Shown piece by piece: positions 11,051 through 19,988 of a stretch of 64,000 nucleotides of DNA. The position numbers and the translations under genes are program-made. The stretch lies in the NCBI GenBank assembly GCA_963765495.1, contig CAVXWP010000005.1:1-64000 (forward strand), read 5' to 3'. Source of the stretch: Blastocatellia bacterium. Lineage in GTDB: Bacteria > Acidobacteriota > Blastocatellia > UBA7656. Each line of letters opens with the position of its first letter. Position 1 is the first letter of the stretch. The notes beneath the pieces are model-generated. The model was not told the origin of the DNA, ran no database searches, and was given only the letters and a program-made list of their open reading frames with translations.

Positions 11051-11632
11051 ATGTCTTCTCCGGGGCAACCCTACAGCGAAATGCATATCAAAGGCGGATT
11101 GGTCAGGGCGCGATTTCTTTTCGTAGCTCTAAATCACGGCGCTCCGATGTGGGCGCGGATACTTGCGGGCCTGTCCGAAGAAGATCGTCAGGTTCTCAAA
11201 GAAATAGCCCTGGACAACTGGTATCCGCTTGCGACGCTCGACCGGGTTGACCGGGCTATTGCCGAAGAGATTGGCGGCGATGAAGAGGATATATTTAAGC
11301 AGCTTGGCGAGTTTTCAGCTACTTCGAGCCTCTCGGGTCCGTACAGCAGCCTGCTCGACCCCGATATACATTCCTTCCTCAAACAGTCCTCCCTCATACA
11401 TCGCTCATATCAGGATTTCGGATTCGCTTCCTATAAACCGACAGGCGATACGAGCGGCACGCTTACGATAACCTATGACGACCCCCCGCCTTTAAGCTAC
11501 TGCACAAGCGGAAGCGCCTACTTCCGCCGGGCTGTCGAATTGTGCGGCGCGCGTTCGGCGCGTATCACTCATCCTGCCTGCTCTGCGCTCGGTGATTCGG
11601 AGTGCGAGTTCATTATAACCTGGCAGCCTTGA
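11051..11632 (+). CDS. DUF2378/V4R-like small ligand-binding protein
   Basis: IKG start, WYP motif, C-terminal CSALGDSECEFIITW. Confidence 0.65.
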   Translation: MSSPGQPYSEMHIKGGLVRARFLFVALNHGAPMWARILAGLSEEDRQVLKEIALDNWYPLATLDRVDRAIAEEIGGDEEDIFKQLGEFSATSSLSGPYSSLLDPDIHSFLKQSSLIHRSYQDFGFASYKPTGDTSGTLTITYDDPPPLSYCTSGSAYFRRAVELCGARSARITHPACSALGDSECEFIITWQP

Positions 11633-11724
11633 ATTTTCAGATTGACCTGCCGAGATCGTAGAAGACCACGGATTGCGCTATAAAAATCTTCTGAGAATTT
11701 ATCGGCCCCGGGTTTTGATGGCTG

Positions 11725-12591
11725 TCACGATATCCTATCCATTTGCCGGGGCACGGCCGGCGGCGGGATACTGGATTCAGCACCCATGTTTTCGAGCGAA
11801 TCAAGGCCGACCAAAAGCGGGCTTTCATCTTTCAGTGCGTCGTTGTAGTAGGCGCGAAACTCATCGTTGATCTCAAGATTGATCAGTAATTCATCAACAA
11901 TGCTGTTAATGCCGTGGACGTCCGTTATGCTGTAAACCTCATCCTGGATCAGTTGCAGGGAATTGCGCACGACCTGCAAGCGGACCTCTATCACTCGCAC
12001 GAGCGCATCGAGCTGTTCGACGCGGGCCGCGCGCTGGCGCAATACTTTTAGGTTTTGCTCAAGCGCCACGCGCACCTGCTCTGATGATTCATCGGCGATA
12101 GCTCTTTCTATGCGGCGGATCTCTTCATCAAGCCAGTGCCGCATCTTCCTGTAATTGCGATTCGCCAGTAAGAAGTGCGCGCGAAGCATCCGCAGGTATT
12201 CGAAGCGAAAGCTGGCTAACTTGGTTAAGACCCCTTCAACCAGCGGCTTGGAGGAGCGGTCTTTCTCAACCTCAATGGCGTGATGCCTGATGTCGTAACA
12301 TATCTGGTCGATCGCCTGGAAATCATTTTTGTACCAGTCGCCGAGCCCCATGAGAATCTGCTTCTCGATTCTTTCCTGTTCCTGTATGCGCTCGCGTTCA
12401 GCGCGTTTATGCAACCAGCGACCTGCCAATTTCGTCTGGGCGATCATAAACACGCTCAATTCACCGGCAAGGAGAAGAAAGAGGAATCCCGGGCTGATCA
12501 CAAGCGACAAAAGGATCATCAGCGCGATGAACAGCAGATTGGGGAAGCTTTGATATAAGGTCTTGAGGTGATTGAATTCCGGTAACGGCAT
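11725..12591 (-). CDS. Membrane-anchored coiled-coil protein (XpaC-like topology)
   Basis: Two N-terminal hydrophobic helices followed by long heptad helices; divergent from the SBP-vWA genes. Confidence 0.65.
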   Translation of the reverse strand: MPLPEFNHLKTLYQSFPNLLFIALMILLSLVISPGFLFLLLAGELSVFMIAQTKLAGRWLHKRAERERIQEQERIEKQILMGLGDWYKNDFQAIDQICYDIRHHAIEVEKDRSSKPLVEGVLTKLASFRFEYLRMLRAHFLLANRNYRKMRHWLDEEIRRIERAIADESSEQVRVALEQNLKVLRQRAARVEQLDALVRVIEVRLQVVRNSLQLIQDEVYSITDVHGINSIVDELLINLEINDEFRAYYNDALKDESPLLVGLDSLENMGAESSIPPPAVPRQMDRIS

Positions 12592-12835
12592 CAGACGTAT
12601 TAGTGCCTTCCTGATTCAAGCATTGCCGGACAGTCCGTCTTCCGGGGCTGCGGATTGTCTGGCCGGTCTCAGCCAATATAACACACTTTCATCGCTTGAT
12701 TGTGAGATAATCTGCGGTATACTCGCATCGGCCACAGGGAAAACGTGTCAGCGTTGTGCGGATCGGTTCGTCTGAGCGGCTCCGTATCGAAAGCGAAATC
12801 AGCGCATGGAACTTCATCAAAAAAGAGGAAAAGCT

Positions 12836-14524
12836 ATGTTGCGAAGGACGGGGCAATGTCTATGTCTCTTACTGTTAATTGCGGTCATTCTGGCCGGGTG
12901 CAAATCGAGTTCCGACTCCTCGGATACTGATGTTAAAGACAGCAGCGGGCAAAGCAAGTCCGGCGCTATCGAACTGGTCTTTACCTACAGTTCTGAAAAA
13001 GAGGCTTGGGTCAAAGAGGTCACGGCCTCGTTTAATCGCAATCAGGTCAAAACCAGTAAGGGGCGGACAATCTCTGTTCAAGCCATTGCGATGGGGTCTG
13101 GCGACATCATTGACGAGTTGCTTTCCGGCACGCGACAGCCCCACGTGATCAGTCCCGCCTCAGCCGCATTTATAAAGCTCGGCAATGCGCAATCGAGAAC
13201 CAAAACAGGCAAAGATCTGGTGGCCTCCTCGGAAACGCTCATGCTTTCACCCGTTGTGATTGCTATGTGGAAACCGATGGCCGAGGCTCTCGGCTGGGGG
13301 CAGAAGGCCGTAGGATGGTCGGACATCCTCGCACTTGCGCGCAATCCTCAAGGGTGGGCAGCCTATGGACATCCCGAATGGGGCAGGTTCAAATTCGGTC
13401 ATACTCATCCTGAGTTCAGCAATAGCGGATTGATCTCGCTATTTGCCGAGGTCTATGCCGGTACGGGAAAGGTCTCAGGGCTGACGCTCGCCGATGTGAG
13501 CAAACCGACCACCGCCGCTTATCTCGACGGCATCGAGCAATCGGTCGTTCACTATGGAACCTCGACTGGCTTCTTCAGCACTAAGATGCTCGCCAACGGC
13601 CCTGAATACCTGAGCGCCGCCGTGCTTTATGAAAGCAATGTGATCGAGTCCTACACCTCTAACTCGGTTCTGCCGGTCGTAGCCATTTACCCGAAAGAAG
13701 GCACCTTCTGGAGCGATCATCCGATTGCGATGGTTGAAGGGGAATGGATGACCGATGAGCATCGCGAGGCTGCCAAGGCTTATATTCAATTCTTACTGGA
13801 TCGCCCGCAACAGGAGAGGACTCTGACCTTTGGGTTCCACCCGGGCGATGTCAGTATACAGCTTGCCGCGCCGATTGATGCCGCCCACGGGGTCGATCCG
13901 ACCGAGCCAAAGACGACGCTCGAAGTGCCGTCCGTCGAGGTGATGGACGCCGTCTTGAAACTCTGGCACGAACATAAGAAGCACTCAAACATCATCCTCG
14001 TCTTTGATACATCGGGCAGCATGAAAGACGATGCCAAGATGCCAAATGCGCAGAATGGCGCCAAACAACTGGTAGCCATGCTCGACGGCAAAGATTACCT
14101 CTCGCTGATGCCGTTCAATGATCGGGTGTCGTGGGCAGGAAAAGACATACTCATAAGTACGGGGCGCGAGTCTGCGGCGCGAACTATCGAGGGTTTATTT
14201 CCAAGTGGCGGCACGGCCCTTTACGATGCGATTGGCGCCGCCTATCAATACCTGCTCGATAATCCGAAGCCCGATAAAATATCGGCTCTCATCGTCCTCA
14301 CGGATGGCGAGGATAAAAGCAGCGCGACCTCGCTTGAGAATCTGCTCGATCAAATACGTTTCGACAACGAGGGAAAGACAATTCGGGTCTTCACTATCGG
14401 TTATGGAACCGATGCAAAAAAGGATGTGCTGAAGCAGATAGCCGATGCTACGCAAGCCAGGTTTTATGAAGGCACTCCTGAGAACATTCAATCGGTCTTT
14501 AAGGAAATATCAACGTTCTTTTGA
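12836..14524 (+). CDS. Lipoprotein: solute-binding domain plus C-terminal vWA domain
   Basis: Lipobox ILAG-C; YSSEK, HTHPEFSNSG, SDHP; MIDAS DTSGSM, GGTALYDA, LTDGED. Confidence 0.88.
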   Translation: MLRRTGQCLCLLLLIAVILAGCKSSSDSSDTDVKDSSGQSKSGAIELVFTYSSEKEAWVKEVTASFNRNQVKTSKGRTISVQAIAMGSGDIIDELLSGTRQPHVISPASAAFIKLGNAQSRTKTGKDLVASSETLMLSPVVIAMWKPMAEALGWGQKAVGWSDILALARNPQGWAAYGHPEWGRFKFGHTHPEFSNSGLISLFAEVYAGTGKVSGLTLADVSKPTTAAYLDGIEQSVVHYGTSTGFFSTKMLANGPEYLSAAVLYESNVIESYTSNSVLPVVAIYPKEGTFWSDHPIAMVEGEWMTDEHREAAKAYIQFLLDRPQQERTLTFGFHPGDVSIQLAAPIDAAHGVDPTEPKTTLEVPSVEVMDAVLKLWHEHKKHSNIILVFDTSGSMKDDAKMPNAQNGAKQLVAMLDGKDYLSLMPFNDRVSWAGKDILISTGRESAARTIEGLFPSGGTALYDAIGAAYQYLLDNPKPDKISALIVLTDGEDKSSATSLENLLDQIRFDNEGKTIRVFTIGYGTDAKKDVLKQIADATQARFYEGTPENIQSVFKEISTFF

Positions 14525-14547
14525 TCTCGGTGAGAGAGGAGGGGCAA

Positions 14548-15747
14548 ATGCCGGAAGGCAAATCGTCATTATTAGGCAAGATCATCGTCGTCGTAGCCAT
14601 AGTGGGCTGCCTCTACGGCGCTTACTATTTTCTTGTGAAGAGAGAGGCTTCAAAAGATACCGACTCACCGGGCGGCACCACGAAAGCGGCGGATTCCAGC
14701 CAGTGGAAAGGCAATGCGGTCGAACTGGGAATCGCTTATGGGACCGAGAAAAAGAGTTGGCTGGAGTGGGCCGTGCAGGAATTTGCAAAGACCCCGGACG
14801 GGCAGAAGATCAAGATCAATCTTATCCCCAGGGGATCGCAGGAGGGCGCTCAGGCGCTTCTTTCGGGCGACAAGAACATCAATGTGTGGTCGCCTGCAAG
14901 CTCGCTCTACAAGGGCACCTTCGTTCAGGACTGGCAGGTCAAATACAACAATAACCCCATACTGAAAGAAGAGAGTCTGGCGTTGACGCCTATGGTCTTT
15001 GTCATGTGGAACGAGCGTTACGAGGCGTTTATTCAGAAGTATAAGACGCTGAACTTTACAACCATCGCGCAGGCGCTGAATGAGAAGGGCGGCTGGGATG
15101 CCATAGCGAAAAAGCCGGAATGGGGATTATTCAAGCTCGGCCACACGCATCCGGCAAAGTCAAACAGCGGTCTGATGACGCTTGTGCTTGTGGCCTATGA
15201 TTATCAAAACAAGACGCGCGATTTAACCCTGAAAGACCTGCTTGACGTCAACTTTCAAAACTGGCTGCTCGGGCTCGAACGCGGCGTCAACGGGCTCTCC
15301 GACAGCACCGGAACGATGATGAAAGAGATGGTCTTGAAAGGCCCTTCGTCTTTCGATGCGGTCTTTGTTTACGAAAGCGTAGCCATTGACTACTTAAAGA
15401 GTGCCGAAGGAAGATGGGGCGAATTGCATATCGCTTATCCGAAAGAGAATATGTGGAGCGATAATCCTTACTATATTATTGATGCTCCCTGGAGCACCGA
15501 GGACCAGCGCGCCGCAGCCGGAGTCTTTCTCAATTTCCTGATGTCGGAGCCTGTTCAACAGGAGTCGCTGAAACACGGCTTCCGCCCGGGCAATACAAGC
15601 GTGCCGATATTGGTGGCCGACAGCCCGTTCACGTCATATCAAAAGTATGGCCTGCAAATCGAGCCGGGCTCGACTTGCGAACCGCCGCAATCGGAAGTCA
15701 TAAACAATCTGATGGCCATCTGGCAGCGCAATTCCGGGGGGAGATAG
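14548..15747 (+). CDS. Solute-binding protein paralog without vWA, N-terminal TM anchor
   Basis: YGTEK, HTHPAKSNSG, YES, WSDNPY motifs match the upstream gene. Confidence 0.85.
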   Translation: MPEGKSSLLGKIIVVVAIVGCLYGAYYFLVKREASKDTDSPGGTTKAADSSQWKGNAVELGIAYGTEKKSWLEWAVQEFAKTPDGQKIKINLIPRGSQEGAQALLSGDKNINVWSPASSLYKGTFVQDWQVKYNNNPILKEESLALTPMVFVMWNERYEAFIQKYKTLNFTTIAQALNEKGGWDAIAKKPEWGLFKLGHTHPAKSNSGLMTLVLVAYDYQNKTRDLTLKDLLDVNFQNWLLGLERGVNGLSDSTGTMMKEMVLKGPSSFDAVFVYESVAIDYLKSAEGRWGELHIAYPKENMWSDNPYYIIDAPWSTEDQRAAAGVFLNFLMSEPVQQESLKHGFRPGNTSVPILVADSPFTSYQKYGLQIEPGSTCEPPQSEVINNLMAIWQRNSGGR

Positions 15748-15842
15748 TTCCGTATACGGCAGATACGGACGGGTAAGTGAGAAGATGAATCAAATCAAAG
15801 TTGACGTTGAAGTAAGGGTGGTCTCTGGTATTATGGGTTGTT

Positions 15843-16445
15843 GTGAAACTCAAAATTTATCAGGTCGGCGAGCCCGTACTCAGACACAAGGCCCGTCCGC
15901 TATCTTCCGATGAAATCCACTCTGTTGAGATTCAACAGTTGATCGAGCTTATGCGCGAAACTATGCGCGATGCTCCAGGCGTAGGTCTTGCTGCGCCGCA
16001 GATAGGGCTTCCCTACCAGTTGGCCGTTATTGAAGACCCCGAAGCACTGCTGCAAGGACTTCCTCCTGAGGTTCTTGCCGAGCGCGGGCGCGCCGCGATT
16101 CCATTTCACGTCATAATAAATCCGATACTGTCGATTGAAACATCAGAAGAAGTCGAATTCTTCGAAGGTTGTTTGAGCCTTTCGGGGTTTACTGCTCTTG
16201 TTCCCCGCGCGCTGGCTGTGCGAGTCGAATGCCTTACCGAACGAGGAGAAGACCACGTAATCAATGCGCGAGGGTGGTATGCCAGGATTCTGCAACACGA
16301 AATAGATCATCTCAACGGACGGATGTATATTGATCGGATGAGATCAGAGACATTCATGTCCACGGATAACTACGGCAGGTACTGGAGAGACATTCCCATA
16401 GAAGAGATGTTCGCCTTTCTGGCCGACGCTTCCGCATCAGACTGA
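15843..16445 (+). CDS. def: Peptide deformylase
   Basis: GVGLAAPQIG, EGCLS, QHEIDHLNG. Confidence 0.95.
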   Translation: MKLKIYQVGEPVLRHKARPLSSDEIHSVEIQQLIELMRETMRDAPGVGLAAPQIGLPYQLAVIEDPEALLQGLPPEVLAERGRAAIPFHVIINPILSIETSEEVEFFEGCLSLSGFTALVPRALAVRVECLTERGEDHVINARGWYARILQHEIDHLNGRMYIDRMRSETFMSTDNYGRYWRDIPIEEMFAFLADASASD

Positions 16446-16649
16446 GAGATAAACAAGACTGCAAGGCCGTCACAGTAAAGTCTGGGCGACTGGATTTAAT
16501 CATGTAGGTTTGCGCGGCGTCCGTCTTTAACCGTTTCTTGAGCGAAAAGCTCTATTCTCACCCATAGGGTGCACTTATATCCCCGGCATCTGCGAAACTT
16601 TACGCAATCCAGTTCTGCGAGCGGCTTGACGGCGTGCTCAAGGTCGCAA

Positions 16650-17117
16650 TCAAACCTTAAACGGTAAGAGAGGGAAGCAGAAGATCAATCGCAAAGTTTC
16701 AGGTGCGGCCCATAATCTGCGCAGCGAGTATAGAGCAGTGCATTCGGGGATTCTCGACATATTGCTCATCTCGCGCCGCTCGTATTCAGGATTGGAGATT
16801 TCTATACAAAATAATAAAACCTCAACGATATGCCCTTTAAAGTTTGTATCATTGTATTGCGGGGTACTCACAGTGACATCATATCCAGATATGCAAATGC
16901 CACGTGCAAGGGCTCGAGCTATTATCACTCTATCCTGGTCCTTTAGTGTTTTTGTCTGTTGAACGGCATTTTCCCAGAGTCTAAAGAAAGGCTCTCGTAA
17001 TCGTACACTAGCAATAGCCCGTGCCATTCCATGGACTATTTCCCTGTAATTATCTGAATCATCTCGTATATGGACTTGTAGAGTCCTGCATGTATATCTA
17101 CGTGGATCATCCATCAT
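16650..17117 (-). pseudogene. Low-GC hypothetical gene, probably 3'-truncated near 16795 (island remnant)
   Basis: AT-rich ORF whose composition changes at about 16795; lies just beyond the att remnants. Confidence 0.4.
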
Positions 17118-17426
17118 ATGATAGAACTTGAAAAGACCCCCAGATTGAAAGATCAGGAATATTGAGTGCGAAAAATTGATCCATACTATAAAAGGATTTC
17201 TTAGAATAAGTCCGTTACTGAGAGATGTTCTCCCTTATCATCAACTGACGTTTTCCACTCTGCTTTAGCTTCAAATATGGGACTTTATGTAAGAGCAAGT
17301 GCGCAAGAGATTAAGACAATCCAAGCAGTAGCCAATTTCAATCAAACCCACATCCAATGTGTCCGTGAAAGTGTCCGTGGAGAGTAAAGGCCACTTTATG
17401 AGTGGCCCTAAGTTATTAATCTAAAA

Positions 17427-17471
17427 GTAGCGGCGGAAGGACTTGAACCTTCGACCTTGGGGTTACGAACC
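17427..17471 (-). pseudogene. 3' half of a tRNA (fMet-like), probable att core remnant
   Basis: GG-TTCGTAA-CCCCAAGGTC-GAAGG-TTCAAGT-CCTTC-CGCCGCTAC: perfect T arm and acceptor strand, no D arm. Followed by a hairpin (17389-17407) and GTGTCCGTG x2 (17359-17379). Confidence 0.7.
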
Positions 17472-17652
17472 AAGCCCATGTCTAAAACTTCTCATTTGTT
17501 GCCACTTCCCACTTATCATCCTTCCAATGTGGATGTATCCGATTACTCCCAGGCAGGATTTCCATTCTGTGTGTGCTTCGAATGCGCCCTTGAATACGCC
17601 CTAAAATCATTTACGCTACCTGCTGATAATTCTAAATATATGATTCTAAAAA

Positions 17653-17726
17653 TGCGCCCGGAGAGGCTCGAACTCCCAACCCTCAGTTCCGAAGACTGAT
17701 GCTCTATCCAATTGAGCTACGGGCGC
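17653..17726 (-). tRNA. tRNA-Arg(TCG), CCA not encoded
   Basis: GCGCCCG...TCAGT-CTTCGGA-ACTGA...GTTCGAGC...CGGGCGCA; A20 Arg identity element; TTGACA/TAATCT promoter upstream. Confidence 0.93.
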
Positions 17727-17781
17727 ATCAGGCAGTTCGTTGTTAGATTAGCCCTCCCCTAAGGCTCGTGTCAAACTTTCG

Positions 17782-18483
17782 TTAAAACGGGGCCATGGAA
17801 CTCGCAAGATTCAACGGCCGGTACAATTCGTTGAAATCTCGCAAGCTACGCTCGAAAAGCGATTGGAATGAGGTTACGTCTTCCGGGTGGACGGTCAGAT
17901 TTACGCCGTTTGCAAATGCAAGGTATGTATCGAGCGTGCGCAACTGAGGCGAGATAAGCACTACGTATGTGCGGCGTCGCACCTGCGGGGTGAGGCTATT
18001 GATATAGTGCATCATGGCCGCGCCGCCCTGATGCTCAGCGTCAAATGAAGGAGAGAGAACTATAACTTCCGCGCGCGAATCATGAAATATCTCGATAGCT
18101 TCGGGCGCAAAGTCGGCCGAAAAAATTTCATACCTTGATGGATCAAGCGATACGCGAAGGCTCTCTCTGATCTCCTTGTCTTCGATGCAAAGTAAAAGCG
18201 GACGGCGACTCCAGATTTGCGTCTCGGTGGTGCTCGACTGCGATTGTTGAAGACTCTTCATCAATGCTTCGGCAAGCGCTCTGATGGGGTCGGGGTCGGC
18301 AGTGCCCGCCAGTTTCGTTTCGGCAAGCTGGCCCGTACCCGGAAGCTTCGGTTCTTCCTTTGGCGGCGGCATTATAGAAACCGACTGACGGCAACGAGGG
18401 CATAAGACATTGAACGGCTCGGTCGGCAACCGGTCGTCATCAAAGCTCAAACTCATCGCGCATTGCGGGCAATTGGCTATCAT
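17782..18483 (-). CDS. Zinc-ribbon (MJ0042-type) plus receiver-like domain protein
   Basis: CPQC...CPRC N-terminus; CheY-like C-terminal domain with no obvious phosphoacceptor Asp (VIVLSPSF). Confidence 0.7.
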   Translation of the reverse strand: MIANCPQCAMSLSFDDDRLPTEPFNVLCPRCRQSVSIMPPPKEEPKLPGTGQLAETKLAGTADPDPIRALAEALMKSLQQSQSSTTETQIWSRRPLLLCIEDKEIRESLRVSLDPSRYEIFSADFAPEAIEIFHDSRAEVIVLSPSFDAEHQGGAAMMHYINSLTPQVRRRTYVVLISPQLRTLDTYLAFANGVNLTVHPEDVTSFQSLFERSLRDFNELYRPLNLASSMAPF

Positions 18484-18522
18484 CTCTCTTCTCCTTGCGC
18501 TTTCAATTCAATTCTCAGGCTC

Positions 18523-19722
18523 TCATCGCTCGACAACTTCGGCCATACGCGGGCGGTTGAGCTGGCCTGCCGGGCGCGGCGGCGTATAACTTCGCTCCTC
18601 GCGTCGGCTCAACATGTCATCGGAAGTGCCCAGCCCCGACAGTCTCAGCAACAGGTTCGATGGATTTGTGGCAAAGGCCAGCCCGTCATCCTGTGTGATT
18701 ACCCCGCTTCGTATCATGCGTTCTATAACCTGATCGAAGTGCTGCATCCCCTCAAGCTCGCCGTCATTCATGGCTTCAAGCAGGGTCTTTCCCTCGGTCT
18801 CGCCGTGCTCGATATACTCGCGTGTGCGAGGCGTAGCCTTACATACTTCGACGGCCGCTATTCGCCCCTGCCCGTTGGCGCGCGGTATCAATCGCTGGGT
18901 TATGATGTAACGAAATGCCTGGGCCAGTCGCGTGCGGATCACGTGTTCTTCGGATTTCGGGTAGATGCCTATTATTCGATTGACCGTTTTGCTCGCGTCG
19001 GTCGTGTGCAGAGTGGAGAGCACGAGGTGCCCGGTCTCTGAGGCTTCGAGCGCTATCTCGGTCGTCTCCATATCGCGCATCTCGCCGACAAGAATCACCT
19101 TTGGCGCTTGCCGCAAAGCCGCGCGCAATCCGAGCGCGAAGGCGGGCGTGTCGGTTCCGAGTTCCCTCTGATTTATCGTAGATTTTTTGTGCGAGTGGAG
19201 AAATTCTATGGGGTCTTCGATGGTGACTATATGATAGCTGGATTCGCTGTTGATCTTGTCTATGATGGCCGCCAGCGTAGAGGATTTACCCGACCCCGTG
19301 GGACCTGTGAGAAGCACTATGCCGTTTTTGAGATGCGATATTTCGCCAAGCTGCGTGGGAAGCCCGAGAGATTCGACTGTAGGAACGTTTGTCGGGATCA
19401 CGCGCATGACTACAGAGATAGAGCCGCGCTGCTTAAATATGTTTACGCGGAAGCGGACTTTGCCGGGGATGGCATAGCTGATGTCGGCCGAGCCGGTTTG
19501 AACGAAACGGCGAGCCGCATCGACGTTGCCTTCGAGCAAAGCCATCGAGATGATTTCGGTCTGGTAAGGCATAAGCGAGCGCAAGCCTTTGATCTCGACC
19601 GGCGTGAGCTTGCCGTTGATTTCGACCTGAGGAGGCCGCCCCACGGAAAAGTTCAAGTCAGAAATATTGTCAGCTACCGCAAGCATTTTATCCAGAATCG
19701 GCGGTAAGTCGAAGAAACTCAT
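18523..19722 (-). CDS. pilT: PilT/PilU-family type IV pilus ATPase
   Basis: GPTGSGKSST, TIEDPIE, ILVGEMRD, TGHLVLSTLHT. Confidence 0.9.
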   Translation of the reverse strand: MSFFDLPPILDKMLAVADNISDLNFSVGRPPQVEINGKLTPVEIKGLRSLMPYQTEIISMALLEGNVDAARRFVQTGSADISYAIPGKVRFRVNIFKQRGSISVVMRVIPTNVPTVESLGLPTQLGEISHLKNGIVLLTGPTGSGKSSTLAAIIDKINSESSYHIVTIEDPIEFLHSHKKSTINQRELGTDTPAFALGLRAALRQAPKVILVGEMRDMETTEIALEASETGHLVLSTLHTTDASKTVNRIIGIYPKSEEHVIRTRLAQAFRYIITQRLIPRANGQGRIAAVEVCKATPRTREYIEHGETEGKTLLEAMNDGELEGMQHFDQVIERMIRSGVITQDDGLAFATNPSNLLLRLSGLGTSDDMLSRREERSYTPPRPAGQLNRPRMAEVVER

Positions 19723-19917
19723 TCGGGTCTCCTGATGAAATGGTATGATCGGTCAGAGACGTGAAGCATCCATTCTTGCCGGGGGGACAATTATCAGATG
19801 GGGGCAGCCGTGGCTTCCTATCAGCCTTGCCTGCGGTTGTTGACAACATACGATAAGAAAATGGAAAGGGCAATACTATTTTCCATACGTCTCTGTTCAG
19901 AGTGCGAGATAGCTATA

Positions 19918-19978
19918 GAGGCACAGAGAGACAGAGCCATAACCGATAAAATACTCTGTGCCTTTGTGCCTTTGCGGC
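19918..19978. repeat. Octamer palindromic element
   Basis: GAGGCACAGAGAGACAGAG ... CTCTGTGCCTTTGTGCCTTTGCGG immediately after a stop codon. Confidence 0.6.
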
Positions 19979-19988
19979 TAAATTCCCC

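Noticed and set aside
16480-16795. Possible IS/transposase fragment or ncRNA after def
   Set aside because: No terminal inverted repeats, convincing DDE motif or recognisable RNA fold.
17427-17500. Intact tRNA-Thr(CGT)
   Set aside because: No D arm or 5' acceptor strand; the anticodon stem pairs only partly.
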